A DNA stretch of 64,000 nucleotides, from positions 124,001 through 188,000 of the forward strand of contig RSEE01000017.1 of NCBI GenBank assembly GCA_003971905.1, written 5' to 3'. The position numbers and the translations under genes were made by a program. Below are positions 47,532 through 60,279 of the stretch, in pieces; position 1 is the stretch's first letter, and the number at the start of each line of letters is the position of its first letter. Under the pieces are notes generated by a model. The model did no database searches, had not been told where the DNA came from, and saw only the letters and a list, made by a program, of their open reading frames with translations. Source of the DNA: Moniliella sp. 'wahieum' (lineage: Eukaryota).

Positions 47532-49614
47532 ATGTCGTCGTCCAACTCGGAAACCTTTGGCTTTGCCGCCGACATCAGCCAGCTGCTGGACCTGATCATC
47601 AACACCTTCTACTCCAACAAGGAGATCTTCCTCCGTGAACTCATCTCCAACGCCTCGGATGCGCTCGACAAGATCCGCTACGCCGCCCTCACCGACCCCA
47701 CTGCTCTGGATGAGGAGAAGGAGCTCTACATCCGCATTACCCCCGACAAGGAAAACAAGATCCTCTCCATCCGCGACACCGGTATTGGCATGACCAAGAC
47801 GGACCTGATCAACAGCATTGGTACCATTGCCCGCTCGGGCACCAAGGCATTCATGGAGGCGCTGTCCTCTGGTGCCGACATCTCTATGATTGGCCAGTTC
47901 GGTGTGGGCTTCTACTCGGCCTACCTCGTCGCCGACAAGGTGCAGATCATCACCAAGAACAACGACGATGAGCAGTACATCTGGGAGTCCGCTGCTGGTG
48001 GCACCTTCACCATCACCCAGGACACTGTCAACCCCTCGATTGGCCGCGGTACGGAGCTGCGTCTGCACATGAAGGACGACCAGCTTGAGTACCTGGAGGA
48101 GAAGCGGATCAAGGAAATCGTCAAGAAGCACTCTGAGTTCATCTCGTACCCCATTCAGCTCGTCGTCACCAAGGAGGTCGAGAAGGAGGTCGAGGTTGAG
48201 GAGGAGGCTGCCGACGATGATAAGAAGCCTAAGATCGAGGAGGTCGAGGATGAGGACAACAAGAAGGAGAAGAAGAAGGTGAAGGAGATTGTCAAGGAGG
48301 AGGAGGAGCTCAACAAGACGAAGCCTCTGTGGACCCGGGATCCCAAGTCGATTGAGCCGGAAGAGTACAACTCCTTCTACAAGTCTCTGACCAACGACTG
48401 GGAGGCCCTCTGGCTGTCAAGCACTTCTCGGTTGAGGGCCAGCTCGAGTTCAAGGCTCTTCTCTACATTCCCAAGCGTGCTCCCTTTGATCTCTTTGAGA
48501 ACAAGAAGAAGCGCAACAACATCAAGCTCTACGTTCGTCGTGTGTTCATCATGGACGACTGTGAGGACCTCATCCCCGAGTGGCTCTCGTTTGTCAAGGG
48601 TGTTGTCGACTCGGAGGACCTGCCGCTCAACATCTCGCGTGAGACCCTGCAGCAGAACAAGATTCTGAAGGTGATCCGTAAGAACATTGTCAAGAAGGTC
48701 CTCGAGTGCATCTCGGAGATCGAGGAGGACGAGGAGAACTACAAGAAGTTCTACGAGGCCTTCGGAAAGAACATCAAGCTTGGTATTCACGAGGACTCGA
48801 CCACCACCGCAACAAGCTCGCCGAGTTCCTTCGCTTCAACTCGACCAAGTCGGGCGATGAGCTCACCTCCCTCAAGGACTATGTGACGCGCATGCCTGAG
48901 GTGCAAAAGAACATCTACTACCTCACTGGCGAGTCGCTTCAGTCGATCAACGACTCTCCCTTCTTGGAGGCGCTCAAGAAGAAGGGCTTTGAGGTTCTCC
49001 TCATGGTGGACCCGATTGACGAGTACGCGGTTACGCAGTTGCGCGAGTTTGACGGCAAGAAGCTGGTCTCGGTCTCCAAGGAGGGGCTTGAGCTTGAGGA
49101 GACGCCCGAGGAGATTGCCGCGCGTGAGGAGGAGGCGAAGAAGTTCGAAGGTCTGCTCAAGGCTATCAAGGACATCCTCGGGGACAAGGTTGAGAAGGTG
49201 GTTCTTTCGAACCGCCTTGTCGGCTCGCCCGTTGCTCTTGTCACTGTCAGTTTGGCTGGTCGGCCAACATGGAGCGGATCATGAAGGCTCAGGCCCTGCG
49301 GGACACTAGCATGAGCTCCTACATGTCTTCCAAGAAGACGCTCGAGGTGAACCCCAAGAACCCCATCATTAAGGAGCTGCAGGCCAAGGCTGATGCTGAC
49401 GCGGCCGACTCGACGGTGCGGGACTTGACTTGGCTGCTCTACGAGACTGCCCTGCTCACTTCGGGCTTTAGCCTGGACCAACCCCAAGACTTTGCCAACC
49501 GGCTGTTCAAGCTCATCTCGCTCGGCCTCTCGATTGACGAGACGGAGGGAGCCTGAAGAAGAGAAGGCGGCTGAGGAGCCCGAGGGCGAGAGCACCATGG
49601 AGACGGTCGACTAA
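47532..49614 (+). CDS. HSP90: Cytosolic Hsp90, intronless
   Basis: [73 protein letters not shown]-terminal METVD*. Shifts near 48405, 48800, 49245 and 49550. Confidence 0.98.
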
Positions 49615-50144
49615 AACAGCTCATTCATCTTCCTCCCCCCCCTTTCCTTCGGCAGCCTGGCCCACTTTTGCGCCTACTATGCACCATGACTTCTTGTACC
49701 GTACCCCCCTTCCCCCGGGCTGCCCCCCCCCCTATCAATACACTGTCTTGTCCCAAGCAAACCGTCCTTCTGTAGTCCTCCAGTTTTGATAAGGGATAGA
49801 TGGATGGCCTTACAGGCAGGCTTGCATGGGAGAACTTTGTATCTAGATAAACTGAACTAGCATCATGTGCTATCCATTGGAACCTTGCGTGTGATCTGAT
49901 CAATCCTCAATCAACAATGGGGCCGAACACTGGCAGAAGCGAGACCCGGCGGGCATGAAGTAGATCAAGATAGAGGGCATGCGCAACTGGGGTATTAACA
50001 TGCACATACACATGAAAAAACACATCAAACGGTGTTTGGATGGTGCCACTGCCAGCACGGAGGGGCAGCTACATATATAGACCCTACTAGTAGAGCATCG
50101 AGGCGGCCCCGGTGGGCGAGGATGGCGTAGCCAGCCAAGCCTCA

Positions 50145-53100
50145 CTAGTCCCCCTTTGGGCGGAGCCGACGAGTGGTCCAGTAACCGAATGCGGTTGGCG
50201 CTGTACTCCTTTGGTCGATGCAACTAGGCAACTCAAGTGCATGGCTCTCGAAGGGTATTAGGGGTGGGGGTGAACTGGACAAGGCGGAGAGAACTCTGGT
50301 GGTGGTGGAGGTAGGATGGCAAGTAGTGGAGGCGGCGGCGTCGAGCGAGGGCTGACGATTGAGCCATGGTGGACGGAGCCAGCTGCACGAGGCCAGGCGA
50401 CGCAAACTGGGTGCCGAGGGGGGTAGGGGGACGGTAGAGGATGGAGGAGCGACGGGAGAGGCTGCCAACCAGAGGCTCGTCCTGGTCCTTGGAACTGGTA
50501 ACAAGGTCTTGTTTGCTTCGGAACGTTCGGGTTGTGCAACCGGGACGGGCAAAGGAGGGCGGGTGGGCGTGTCAGCAGCGCTCGTTGCTGGGCGCGCCCC
50601 TGCCATGCACAGGGCTTGCAAGGCAGAAAACCATGTGTGGTGAGCGTCCACGGAAGGCGCTGACAAGTAGAGTTCTTGCCCTCTGGGCGAAACAAGGGCG
50701 AGCGAGGGGGTGGGCAGGCTCACCCTGGCCTCGACCCCGGGACACTTGCTCCCTCCGCCATAGAGCGTTCCATCCGGATCAAATTCCGCGCAGACCGCAC
50801 TTGAGCAACCAACATGTACTTGGTGTCGGCCCCCCTGCGTGGGGCGCGACGCCAGGACGAGGGGGAGACCAACAGAGGTAAACCCCCTCAGCACTGGGGT
50901 GGATCCAACAAAAGCGCACGTGTCTACGCTCCCATAAGCGTTTCCGTCGTCTCGCTCTCGCGGTATCGCATCTCCATTTGGGTCTTGCTCCGAAAGGGGC
51001 ATCGAGCTGACGGGCGTGAGGGACGGGAGCGAGCGCCTTGTTCCAGGGTGCCCGTGTATACTTGATCATCAACATCCCCGCTCGGACCTGGGCAACGGCA
51101 TCGGCAATTGTCCCGGCTTGGTCGGTGTGTTGACTAGTTTCAGGCCTCACCACAGGTTCTCTTGGATGAGGGGAGGCAAAGCTTCCCCCCGCCGCACGCA
51201 AATTGCCCATTGACCGGGTGTTTCGGCCGGTCTTGCCAAAGTAAGAGCCGAGGGTGTTGTAGCGACGGGCACCTATGGGGTTGTCGAGCGTTCGGAGTGG
51301 AGGGTTGCGCACCAAGCTGAAAGAATTGCTGCGTGCACGCTGGCCATTCAGATCGGCGGAGCGATCAATCATAATGCTCTGCAGCGTCATGTGGTCTGTA
51401 CGTGGCAGACGAAGGGATGAGGGGCTCGATACGGGCTCGGTCAAAGAGCGTACCACAGCAGGTTCGTGGCTGGGCACGTCGACGGCCAGGTTTGCAGAAC
51501 CCGAATGGGCCCTGTTTCGCATTCGCTGATGGTAACTGGCAGGAGGGGTGCATGAGAAGAAGCTGGGGTCCACTCCCGCATGTCCTTTACCCCGTCATCC
51601 CTGTTCTCATCCCTCAGCCGAGTGGAAACTGATAGTGATTGGGGCGCTCTTGCAAATGCCAGAGGGCGGGCATAGGGGTCCATGCTTGATGAACTAGCCG
51701 CTGGGCAGACAGATGAGACTGAGTGAGAGGTGGTGGGGTATACCTGCGTTGGAGACGGGAATCGAGGGAGCTGGGGTTGTAGGTACGGTCGAATCCAGCG
51801 CGGAGTAACTCGTATGTGTACCCTCCATCCTGGAGAATTGTCCGACGGAGGCAACGGCAGCGTCCCCACTTCGGTCGTAGACCGAAGTGGGTCGAGAGAG
51901 CGTTGAGTCAAAGGTGCACCTCCTTCGTTGCGCGTCGGTAGTCCCTCTTCAGACGGGTGGAAGCGGCCTCATTCCATAAAGATGGCGGCTCAACAACTGC
52001 AGGAGGCGAAGGGTTGCGACCGCCTTCTTCAGCCATCACCATGTTTGTTCAAATCCGAAGAGAAGAGAAAAGGCTGGAGATCCGGATGTGTTTGAAGCGC
52101 CTTGTCGTCTCGTTCATTAGGGGCAGTGCTCCTCTCGATCTCGACCATAGGTGTAGAATCATGACTGTCATTAGTGGTAAAAACGGCCCGATTTAGCATA
52201 GGATTGGACGAGGGGCGCAAGAGAGAATGTCCAAGATCAAGCTCCGATACGCCTAATAGACTTTCGCGAGCATCTTGGAACCTATCTGCATCACCGTCCG
52301 ATCCATGCATGTCTTGACAATACGGCGGCTGCCAGGGTTGACGTGGGCTTGTACGTTCTTGGGCTGTGGGCCCGAAGGGCATATCCTCTTCCAAAGACCT
52401 GACCGCGGATTCATTGGAGGCGGTGATTGCTCAACAACGGATAACTGACAGAAGACGTAGACGGAGCGGAGCCAGTGGGCGGCTTGGTGGAATTGGATGA
52501 CCGGTAGAAGCAACAGGCACAGGTTCAGGTTCAGGTGACTGAGCTTGGTTGGGTCCCATCCCTGGGAGGGTACTCTGCTGCTGAAGTTGACCCGTGTTGG
52601 TATCTAGCAACAAGCGTAACGAAGCCTCGTGACGTTCTGCAATGGATTGAGGTGGACAGCGAGAGAGTCGGTAATGGAGTTCAAAGACATGGTGGTCGCA
52701 ACCCCTCGTTCCTCGTTCCCTTCTGCCGGTGCCTGCGTTGTATCGGGGACGCTTCCTCTGCAAAAGGGGGGCTAAGACGAAGAAGCACTTCCTGTGGCTC
52801 AGGCGAATGGACGGAAGGGTCGAAAGGAAGGGAGGCTGAGCGGTCGTCGTCGTTGAGATGCGGATCTGGTACCAACAGAGACTTGGAGGGGGTGGTGGCC
52901 ATGGGCAGGACGGGGTGGTATGACAATGGCGAAGCAGAAGGTTCTGTCACCCAATCGGTATTTCGTACATCGACTCCAGGCCCGAGGCCTAGCACCCAAT
53001 TTGCGATCATCTTCAGATCCTCTATCTCTTGGTCCGTTGCCAAAGAAATAGAGGGGAAACTAATTGGTTTGCGTCTCCGACAGGGCACGTTGCGCCCTAT

Positions 53101-54414
53101 CCCGCTCCTCTGTAATAGATTGAATGCGGTGATGAAGGTGAAGTGCTTCCTGCTGGGCCTCGTTCCGTTTCTCCTCAACAAGAACCAGCTGCATGCGAAA
53201 GCCATCGATTTCCTCAGCGTGCTTGGCAAGCATCTCATCCTTTGCTTTGCCGGCAGCGATCGACCTGGCTTGCAGTTGCGCAGCCGAAGCTTCCGCCTGA
53301 ACAACTTAATCCGTAGATCAGACAGTTCCCCTTGCGCCACTTCATGGCCAGGTGTAGATCATATAGCTCGGTGGACATCATATCTAGGGAACAGGAATCG
53401 ATGATCAGATCTCAGTCGCTTTCAACTTTTGATAGGGGAATTGGGGGTGTGGATGCCTAGCAAAAAAGCGAGAAAAAGACGTACCTTTGGCATGCTGGGC
53501 TGCATTGAGTTGGGCCAGGTACCCTCGCTTTTGTCGTGCAATTTGGTAACAAGCGTATCGCGCTGGGCTTGCTTGACTAGCAGAGCCGATTCGATTCGGC
53601 TTAGCGTCTCTTCGCGCTCTGTCCGTACCAACGAAAGGGAGGCGGTGAGGGAAGCATTGTCAGCTTGTAGTCGCCGTAGCTCAACTAGTAATTTATCTTG
53701 CATGTTTCTCGCAAACAGTGCGTCCAGATCGATCGGCTCCGATTCATGGCTCAGCTTTTCCCAGGGCTCCTTTTCGTTGCGAACTCGACGGGCGGCTTGC
53801 GTTTGGTCCCGCTGGTGCAACGAAGCCTTGGAGGGCGATAGTGAACGGTCAATGTCTTTCCCAGTCGGAGTGGCGAGAGGCACAGCAGAGGTGTTGAGAG
53901 GAAGGAGATCCTTGGGAGACAAGGCGCACGAGATGGTCTAGGTGTTGCTGACGCTCTTGGGCGAAACGTGTCTGAGCCGAGTTGATCTGGGAGCGCAGCT
54001 GGTAGATGCTGGTTTTCACGCCGTGGGCGTGGGCTGCTGTGTTCCAAGACGGTGTGGGCTTATCACTGGTGACTGCAACAGGCGTTAGGGGAGTTACAAA
54101 ACCAGACCAATGCTTTGTGCGCTCGATGTCGTACTGGGTAAGCTGAGCCAGGTGGAGTTGTTGAAGAGCGTGAGCGAGAGTGTCAAGCCATGCCTGGGTG
54201 GTGCTGTGGTGACGGTCGAGGGCGCTGGTAAATTGCTTTGCAGCCTGGAGTTGTGCATTGAGGGTGATGCGGTATTGCTCGAGCTCAGTGCGACACGCCG
54301 CTGCCTCGCTGACAATGGGCTGGGCGTCGACGTCCAGAAGAGGCGGGGACGAACACGGAGGCGTCGAACACAGAGGCGTCGAGGCGGGGAAGGGGGTGGG
54401 AGGGCCATCTCCAT
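50145..54414 (-). CDS. Coiled-coil protein with C-terminal Num1/Mcp5/ApsA-type PH domain, divergent
   Basis: N-terminal heptads (QDKLLVELRRLQADN..., DLRIKL..., EEKRNEAQQEA). PH-like motifs IADAVAQVRAGMLMIKYTR...RRHVRFCWIHP...YLCWS...ELYLSAPSVDAHHTWFSALQAL. Both ends uncertain. Confidence 0.65.
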
Positions 54415-56836
54415 CCGCACGGCAGAGACGCGTGTGTGGGGATGGGTGGGTGCGCCAAAGAGAGGCGTTGGGACGCAGGATGCAGCCGGCGGTGCTGGTG
54501 GTGACGGCGGCAATAAGGAAAAGTAGGCAGGAGACCAACGGGGACAGGACTGGAGAGGCGGATGAGTGGGAGTTGATGTAGAGGGGCGGTTGGGGCATGC
54601 GAGTGGCTGTGTCCCATCCACGTATCCTTGGCGGCCGACGGATGTGTGTGTGGGTTTTGTCGCGTGTGCAATGTGGGTTGGTTCCAATAGGATGCGGATC
54701 GGCGAAGGCACCGCAACAAGGCGATGCAATCCCACTGCCACGCGCCCATCAACCATCAGCCCGCCATCCACCCGCGTGCAGCCCCCCCTGCACCAACCGC
54801 ACACGCTGCCCCCACGCCCTTTCCGCAGCCCCTCTCTTGCTAGGTCTGGCCTCCAGCTGCGGGTGGTGGACAGTTGGACCACTTGGCAGTCCTCCTCGAC
54901 ATCCTCTCTCTCCTGTCTGTCCTGCCCTCCTCAAGGCTCACCGGCCTCACCCAGCGCGCCAGGGGCTTCGTTTCATTGTCAGCGTTCAGCGTTTTTATCA
55001 GCCCCGCCAAAGTCCGCAGGCATCACCCATGAAGCTTGAAGACGCGTCATGCATCATGCATCATACACGTCATGCTCATGAAGCTTGGTCCTAACAATTA
55101 ACGTGTCGGTTACTGATCTGCCTCTTCGCAGCTCCCCACCGGCCGCAAGCTTCTGCTGTGAAAACCGAAACGCACGCCCATATATCCGTCTTCCGACTCC
55201 ACCCTTTTCACACATCAAACAGAATTGGATGTCGCTCCCCCTATACACCTGCACTACAGCTACTGTATAGCCACCCTCTACTCTCCCCTTCCGACCGCAG
55301 CCCCCACATCATCCGAAAAGCCGATCAATAAGAATCCTCATTTAGTAATCGCTCCGACACCCCTACTATAGAGCCTGGTGCTCGCTGCCATCTCCCGCAC
55401 CCGACCGGGAACGGTCCTACAGACAGAGCGCCTACACTGATGCATCCGACGTATATACGTCTGACCCCCCCGAGCCTCCGGCACCACTCTGTGGTGCTGC
55501 GTCAAATTTCAAACAAACCCAACAAGCTGTGTCCAACTGATGCGGGATTAATATATAGACTTCGCGTCGATCAGGTCGCGCCAACCTGTGCGCAACTCTC
55601 CGTTCTCCCAGCGTGGGTTGCATGAAAAGCGATCAGATCGATCATCGATCATGGCGATTCCAATGCCGGTTCCGGTTCCTCCTTCAAACGCTGCCTTCCA
55701 ACCCACCCCGTCCTGCAGCCACCGCAGCTCTCTGATCCGGTGGGGTTCGCTAGCTTCTCTCCACACTGCAGTCATCGAGTCATCGTCAAAAACCCCCATC
55801 AAAATCTCAACGTTATTGTTTTGCCACACCGGCTGGACGATCATCTAAAGTGTCTCCCTTCCCATCTCATGCTAACAACGAAAAGGAGCACTGCTCACAG
55901 CCCATCAGCCACACAGCAATTCGTGTAGCTGAGCGAGGGGATAGAGTGTGGAATGAGGGATGGATATGGGTAGGTGTAACGCCAAAATCACTATCTTTTA
56001 CTGACCTTATTTGGTCTGGACGAACAAGAGGGAAGACGCCAGTAAAGAACCCCCCGCCGGGCCTCCAAGCTGCGTACTTCTCTCTCTCCAACTTCCTTTT
56101 AATGTGTGTATGTATGGCTATATAGCCCCGGCACCCGCTGCCCACGCCACCGTCACATGAAATCAGTCATCCGTCCACCTTGGTTTCATTGGCGTCTTCT
56201 CCAGCCGATCTCTCGCCACTGCATCCCAGTCCCGGTAGTGCCACACCCCCATTCTTTCATGAGTGCATGAGCCTTTTCAGGTTAGGCCGTCTCCAGAGTT
56301 GGAGGACAAAAGGTGGAGGAATGTGATGTCCTCTCTCGTACAAATTGACCCCCGATACTTACACCTTGAAAAAACATATATTCTGTCGGTGGCGTGGACG
56401 GCACGAGAGAGCAAGTTTACGCCCCCTCCGACTGCTGCATACTAGTATTCCTTCAATTCAATACATTGTACGTTGAAGTGTGCACTGGCCATTGATCATA
56501 ATCTCCATCCGCTCGGCCATCAATCTGACAAGCGAAACGCTAGTATTGCCTTGCTCTCATTGGCTCACACATACTGAGCCTTTAATTTTGCTACGCGAGC
56601 CGAGACGCCCCGATCACGTGTGCCTCACACCCACAGTCTCAATCTAGCTCCGTTTTTATAGATATGCTAACGGTGTATTTGGGCTGGATCCATGGCGGTG
56701 TGCTGTGCGTCATTCTAGAAGGAAACGCGCCCCTATGAATTGCACGCCGGTACTCAATCCGGTGCTGGCCTATGACGAATGGCATTCGTGCGTCTCTAAC
56801 CCAAAAGCGAAAATTCGACGGATTCTACTAAGGGGA

Positions 56837-57065
56837 TGATGAGACCTGGAGTCCTGATGGTCCTCGAGGGTGGTGCAATTGCACTGTTGCCAGGTGGTGG
56901 TGGTGTGGTAACCAGCAATGCCTACAGATGAACTCAAGCAGCGAGTCTCCGTCAGGGGCTAAACCGCGGAACAAAGGAAAACAGCCGAGAGAGAAAACAA
57001 CGGAACTCCTGGGCCTGAGGAGAGGAACTGAAGCTTGAAGGGGCATTGGCCACAAAGCACGAGCC
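56837..57065. repeat. Dispersed repeat copy 2
   Basis: Matches 14110..14333 with substitutions and small indels. Confidence 0.85.
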
Positions 57066-60000
57066 ACCCAGCTCACATGTCACTGTGGAGACGTGAGTTT
57101 GTTTGGTGTGGTCACAGCCCCCAACGTAAACAGCCCTTCTTGTTCCCCCAACGTGCAAACTATTCACCGAGCTGCACGCCCAAACCCGAGTGGCTGATCC
57201 GGAGATCCGCTTCCAAAAGTCGTAGCGAGACAGTCCAAGGACATAGTAGGTGACATTACACTTGAGCCACTGAGTAGTAATAGCACCCTGAGAGTACCCT
57301 CAGACGGAGTACTTCTGGGAATTTGAGAGAGGCAGAGGGTCAGAGCAGTCACTAGTCACTAGTCAGTGGCAGAGCTTTCAAAGGGTAGGATTACAGCGAG
57401 AACTGGGCACAGTGGTTCTGTAGAAGCTTTTGCCATTTAATAACGAGAGAGACGGCATGCGTCATGCTTGAAGGATGGTCGATGATCAATGTTAATGATG
57501 CATGATGTACATGATGCATGATGGAAAGTTGGATACTTGCAAGGGATATTGGATACTTGGGGACTGTGCCCTAGTGCCCAATTATTGTTTGACAGTGGAA
57601 AGAAGCCGATGCATCGAACATCAGTGCATCGTGTGATTGCGATCTGTGAAAATGTCCTAGTCACCATAGTCACTAGCACTAGTCTCATTCACAAGTGACC
57701 TAGTGACTAAATGTGACGCGTGACAGTCACTTGTTGCGCTCTTCTGTCCGCGGAGCGCACCGACGTACTCTGGTCTGAGCAATGATATACTACAGCTGGA
57801 TACTAGTAGTAGTAGACTTGAGAATCTGAGAGAGATCCGTTCATCGAATTCATCCATGCCATGGTATCCACATGCCAAAATGTGTTTTGCCTGTCGCCAA
57901 TTCAGGTACGCAACACGAGCCAATATATGCGGGTTCTGATGCGACTGATACTCGATCATCGATCATCAGCATCATCTAACTTTGGAGCTTGATCAATATG
58001 ATTCGTACCGCGCATACAAAACGCGTATATATTACGCGTTGATTAATGGACGCGTTTTTACTACTGCTACTGGCGCTTGCGCTCAAGCTCTGAAGTCTGA
58101 AGCTTGAAGGGAGTCCAAAAAGTGGTTTGAGATCCTGAGATCTGACTCTAGACGCCTCAGCGCAGTTGAGCGTTTCTAGGCTTGAGGCCTGAGGAAGCAC
58201 CGCGGTAAAAGACTGAGAGTTTTAGGGCGTTGAAAAGGTTGAGGCCGGAGGGGAGCAGTCCTACTATTATCATTGACATGGGCACTTAACACAAGCGTCC
58301 GGCCCTACTCCTCCCCCCCCAGCCTTCTACAAGCGCGTAAAACGCCACAACAGCCACATCAAATATACACATAGAGATCGGAGTGTTGTTCAGTAACATT
58401 CCAGGCATATTCTACTACAGCTGTGTGTGGGCGGATGGTGGGGCGGCAAGGTGGATACGGTGGGAATGGTGGGTGGCTACCGTCACTCCAGCGGGTATTT
58501 TGTTGAAGGAAGAATGGGGGGTGGGAAGAGGCAGGAATGACGGATGTTTTGATGCTCTTGGTGATACCAAAAGCCAAGGTGAACGTTGAACTTTCGCCAC
58601 ACGCAGGAGAGCTGCGATGGCTGCAGGACACCACCAGCCCTTCCGTCGAGATTGCAGGAAGGCCCCGGGCGTCCAGTACGTAGGATACGGTACAACAATC
58701 ATGTTGTCTCTTCTATCTTTATATTAATAGAACTTTTTTCTTGATGGTTCCAGGGCAAAACGATCTAAGAGGCGCAGTGTCAGAGCGCCGTGGTAGCTTT
58801 TGGTGTCGGCGCGCCAGCACTTCCATGGTCATCACAATAATGGCCTTTTCATATATCAAGACGTCCAGCCTCCCCACTCAGGCCGACTTCTCAGGTACTC
58901 AAGACTCCAGCTTCAAGCTTCAAGCGTCAAAAAGTTCAAGCTGCAGTCGGAGTAACCCGGTTTCCTCAGGCCTCAGGCTGATGGCTGAGAGCTGAGGCCA
59001 CTCTTCTCCAACCACAGCAGTCCGACTGTGTGCCGTGCACGCCAGCTGACAGCGTCACACTCTTTCTGGCGCACATGTCAAACAGCCAGCGATCGAGGCG
59101 ATGGAAATGCTTGATGGCCGATGGTTGATGATCGAGATGATCGATGAATGATCGATGAATATTGAATTCATTGTTCAAATTTCACCATACCTTACTTTGT
59201 GGTCGGTGGATCTGCGGTGCCAGTGCGGGCGCCTTCCTTCCCCTTCGATGTGATAGGCTGGATGGAATAGAATATTGGCCGGCCTGGTGTGCTTCGATTA
59301 CGCATGGGATTGCACATGTCAAGCGTCAGCACCAGCTTCACCCCCCACGCAGTCTGGCCCTGTCCGCCTGCGGCATAGACGCCGACGGATGCTTCTACAC
59401 GCTTCTCGCTGCGAACATACAGCCTGGTGCTCAGCGCCCACGAGTCACTGCGAAAAAAGCTTATTGAGACTGGGCTGTGGCGGCGTTACTCAGTACGCAC
59501 TACATGGGGGCGCTCGTTAAACGTTAATCATTAACCATTAAGCACTACTACTCATTAATACCCTTCCACCACCTTCATCCCATTATCTCTCTTCCGTCCG
59601 CGACCTGCCCTGGGGAACGCTCGCAACTCAGGACCAACAGCAACTTCTTTTCCAGCCTCGTTTCCCTCTCGGCCTGAAAGCCCCCTTGGGCTTCTTGGGC
59701 CTTCATTCCCCCCATCCTCATTCTATCACACGCCCTCGTCACACCCCTCCTACACATCGACCCCGTCGCTTCCTCGGGAAACCCCAAGCGGCATTTCCGC
59801 CATTGATCTGACCCTCACGCTGCCAGCCATCTTCACGCCAATCTTCAGCGCGCACCCTTTACTGCCGACGGTTTTGAGCCTTCGTTCGAGTTCGTCCCCC
59901 CCTCCTTTCCGTCCCTTCTGTACGCATGTGTGGCAGTGAATATACAACCGCGGCTTGACACTTCTTGTTGCTAATGCCCGGTGCCCCTCACTACTTTTTC

Positions 60001-60279
60001 CGCGTGGACTGCTAACCGTACCTTCCCCTAAGACTGTCTCAACCTTCTTTCTTCTTCTCTCCTCGTCTCCTCAGTGCCACAGGCTTTGCTCTCTTTCTGC
60101 CAAGAGCGTTACTCCTCAGACACCAAATCCTCCGCCCACCACTACCTTTGCTTGCAGTGGCGGTTGCGCCTGACGTGCTCTCAAGCCCCCCATTAGTTTC
60201 GGCGTGACTGGTAGTTCCCCGAGCTTCTTTTTGTCTTGCCTTCATTCAACTCTCCATACTATCCATCGCTGGGGTCATA

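Noticed and set aside
47070..48131. 353-aa antisense ORF over HSP90, and similar long ORFs opposite the protease, RecQ and Ala-rich genes
   Set aside because: Expected shadow ORFs from strong codon bias in GC-rich genes; no independent motifs.
14110..57065. The two dispersed repeat copies as LTRs of a single element
   Set aside because: They are 42.7 kb apart, diverged, enclose housekeeping genes, and no gag/pol or transposase is visible.
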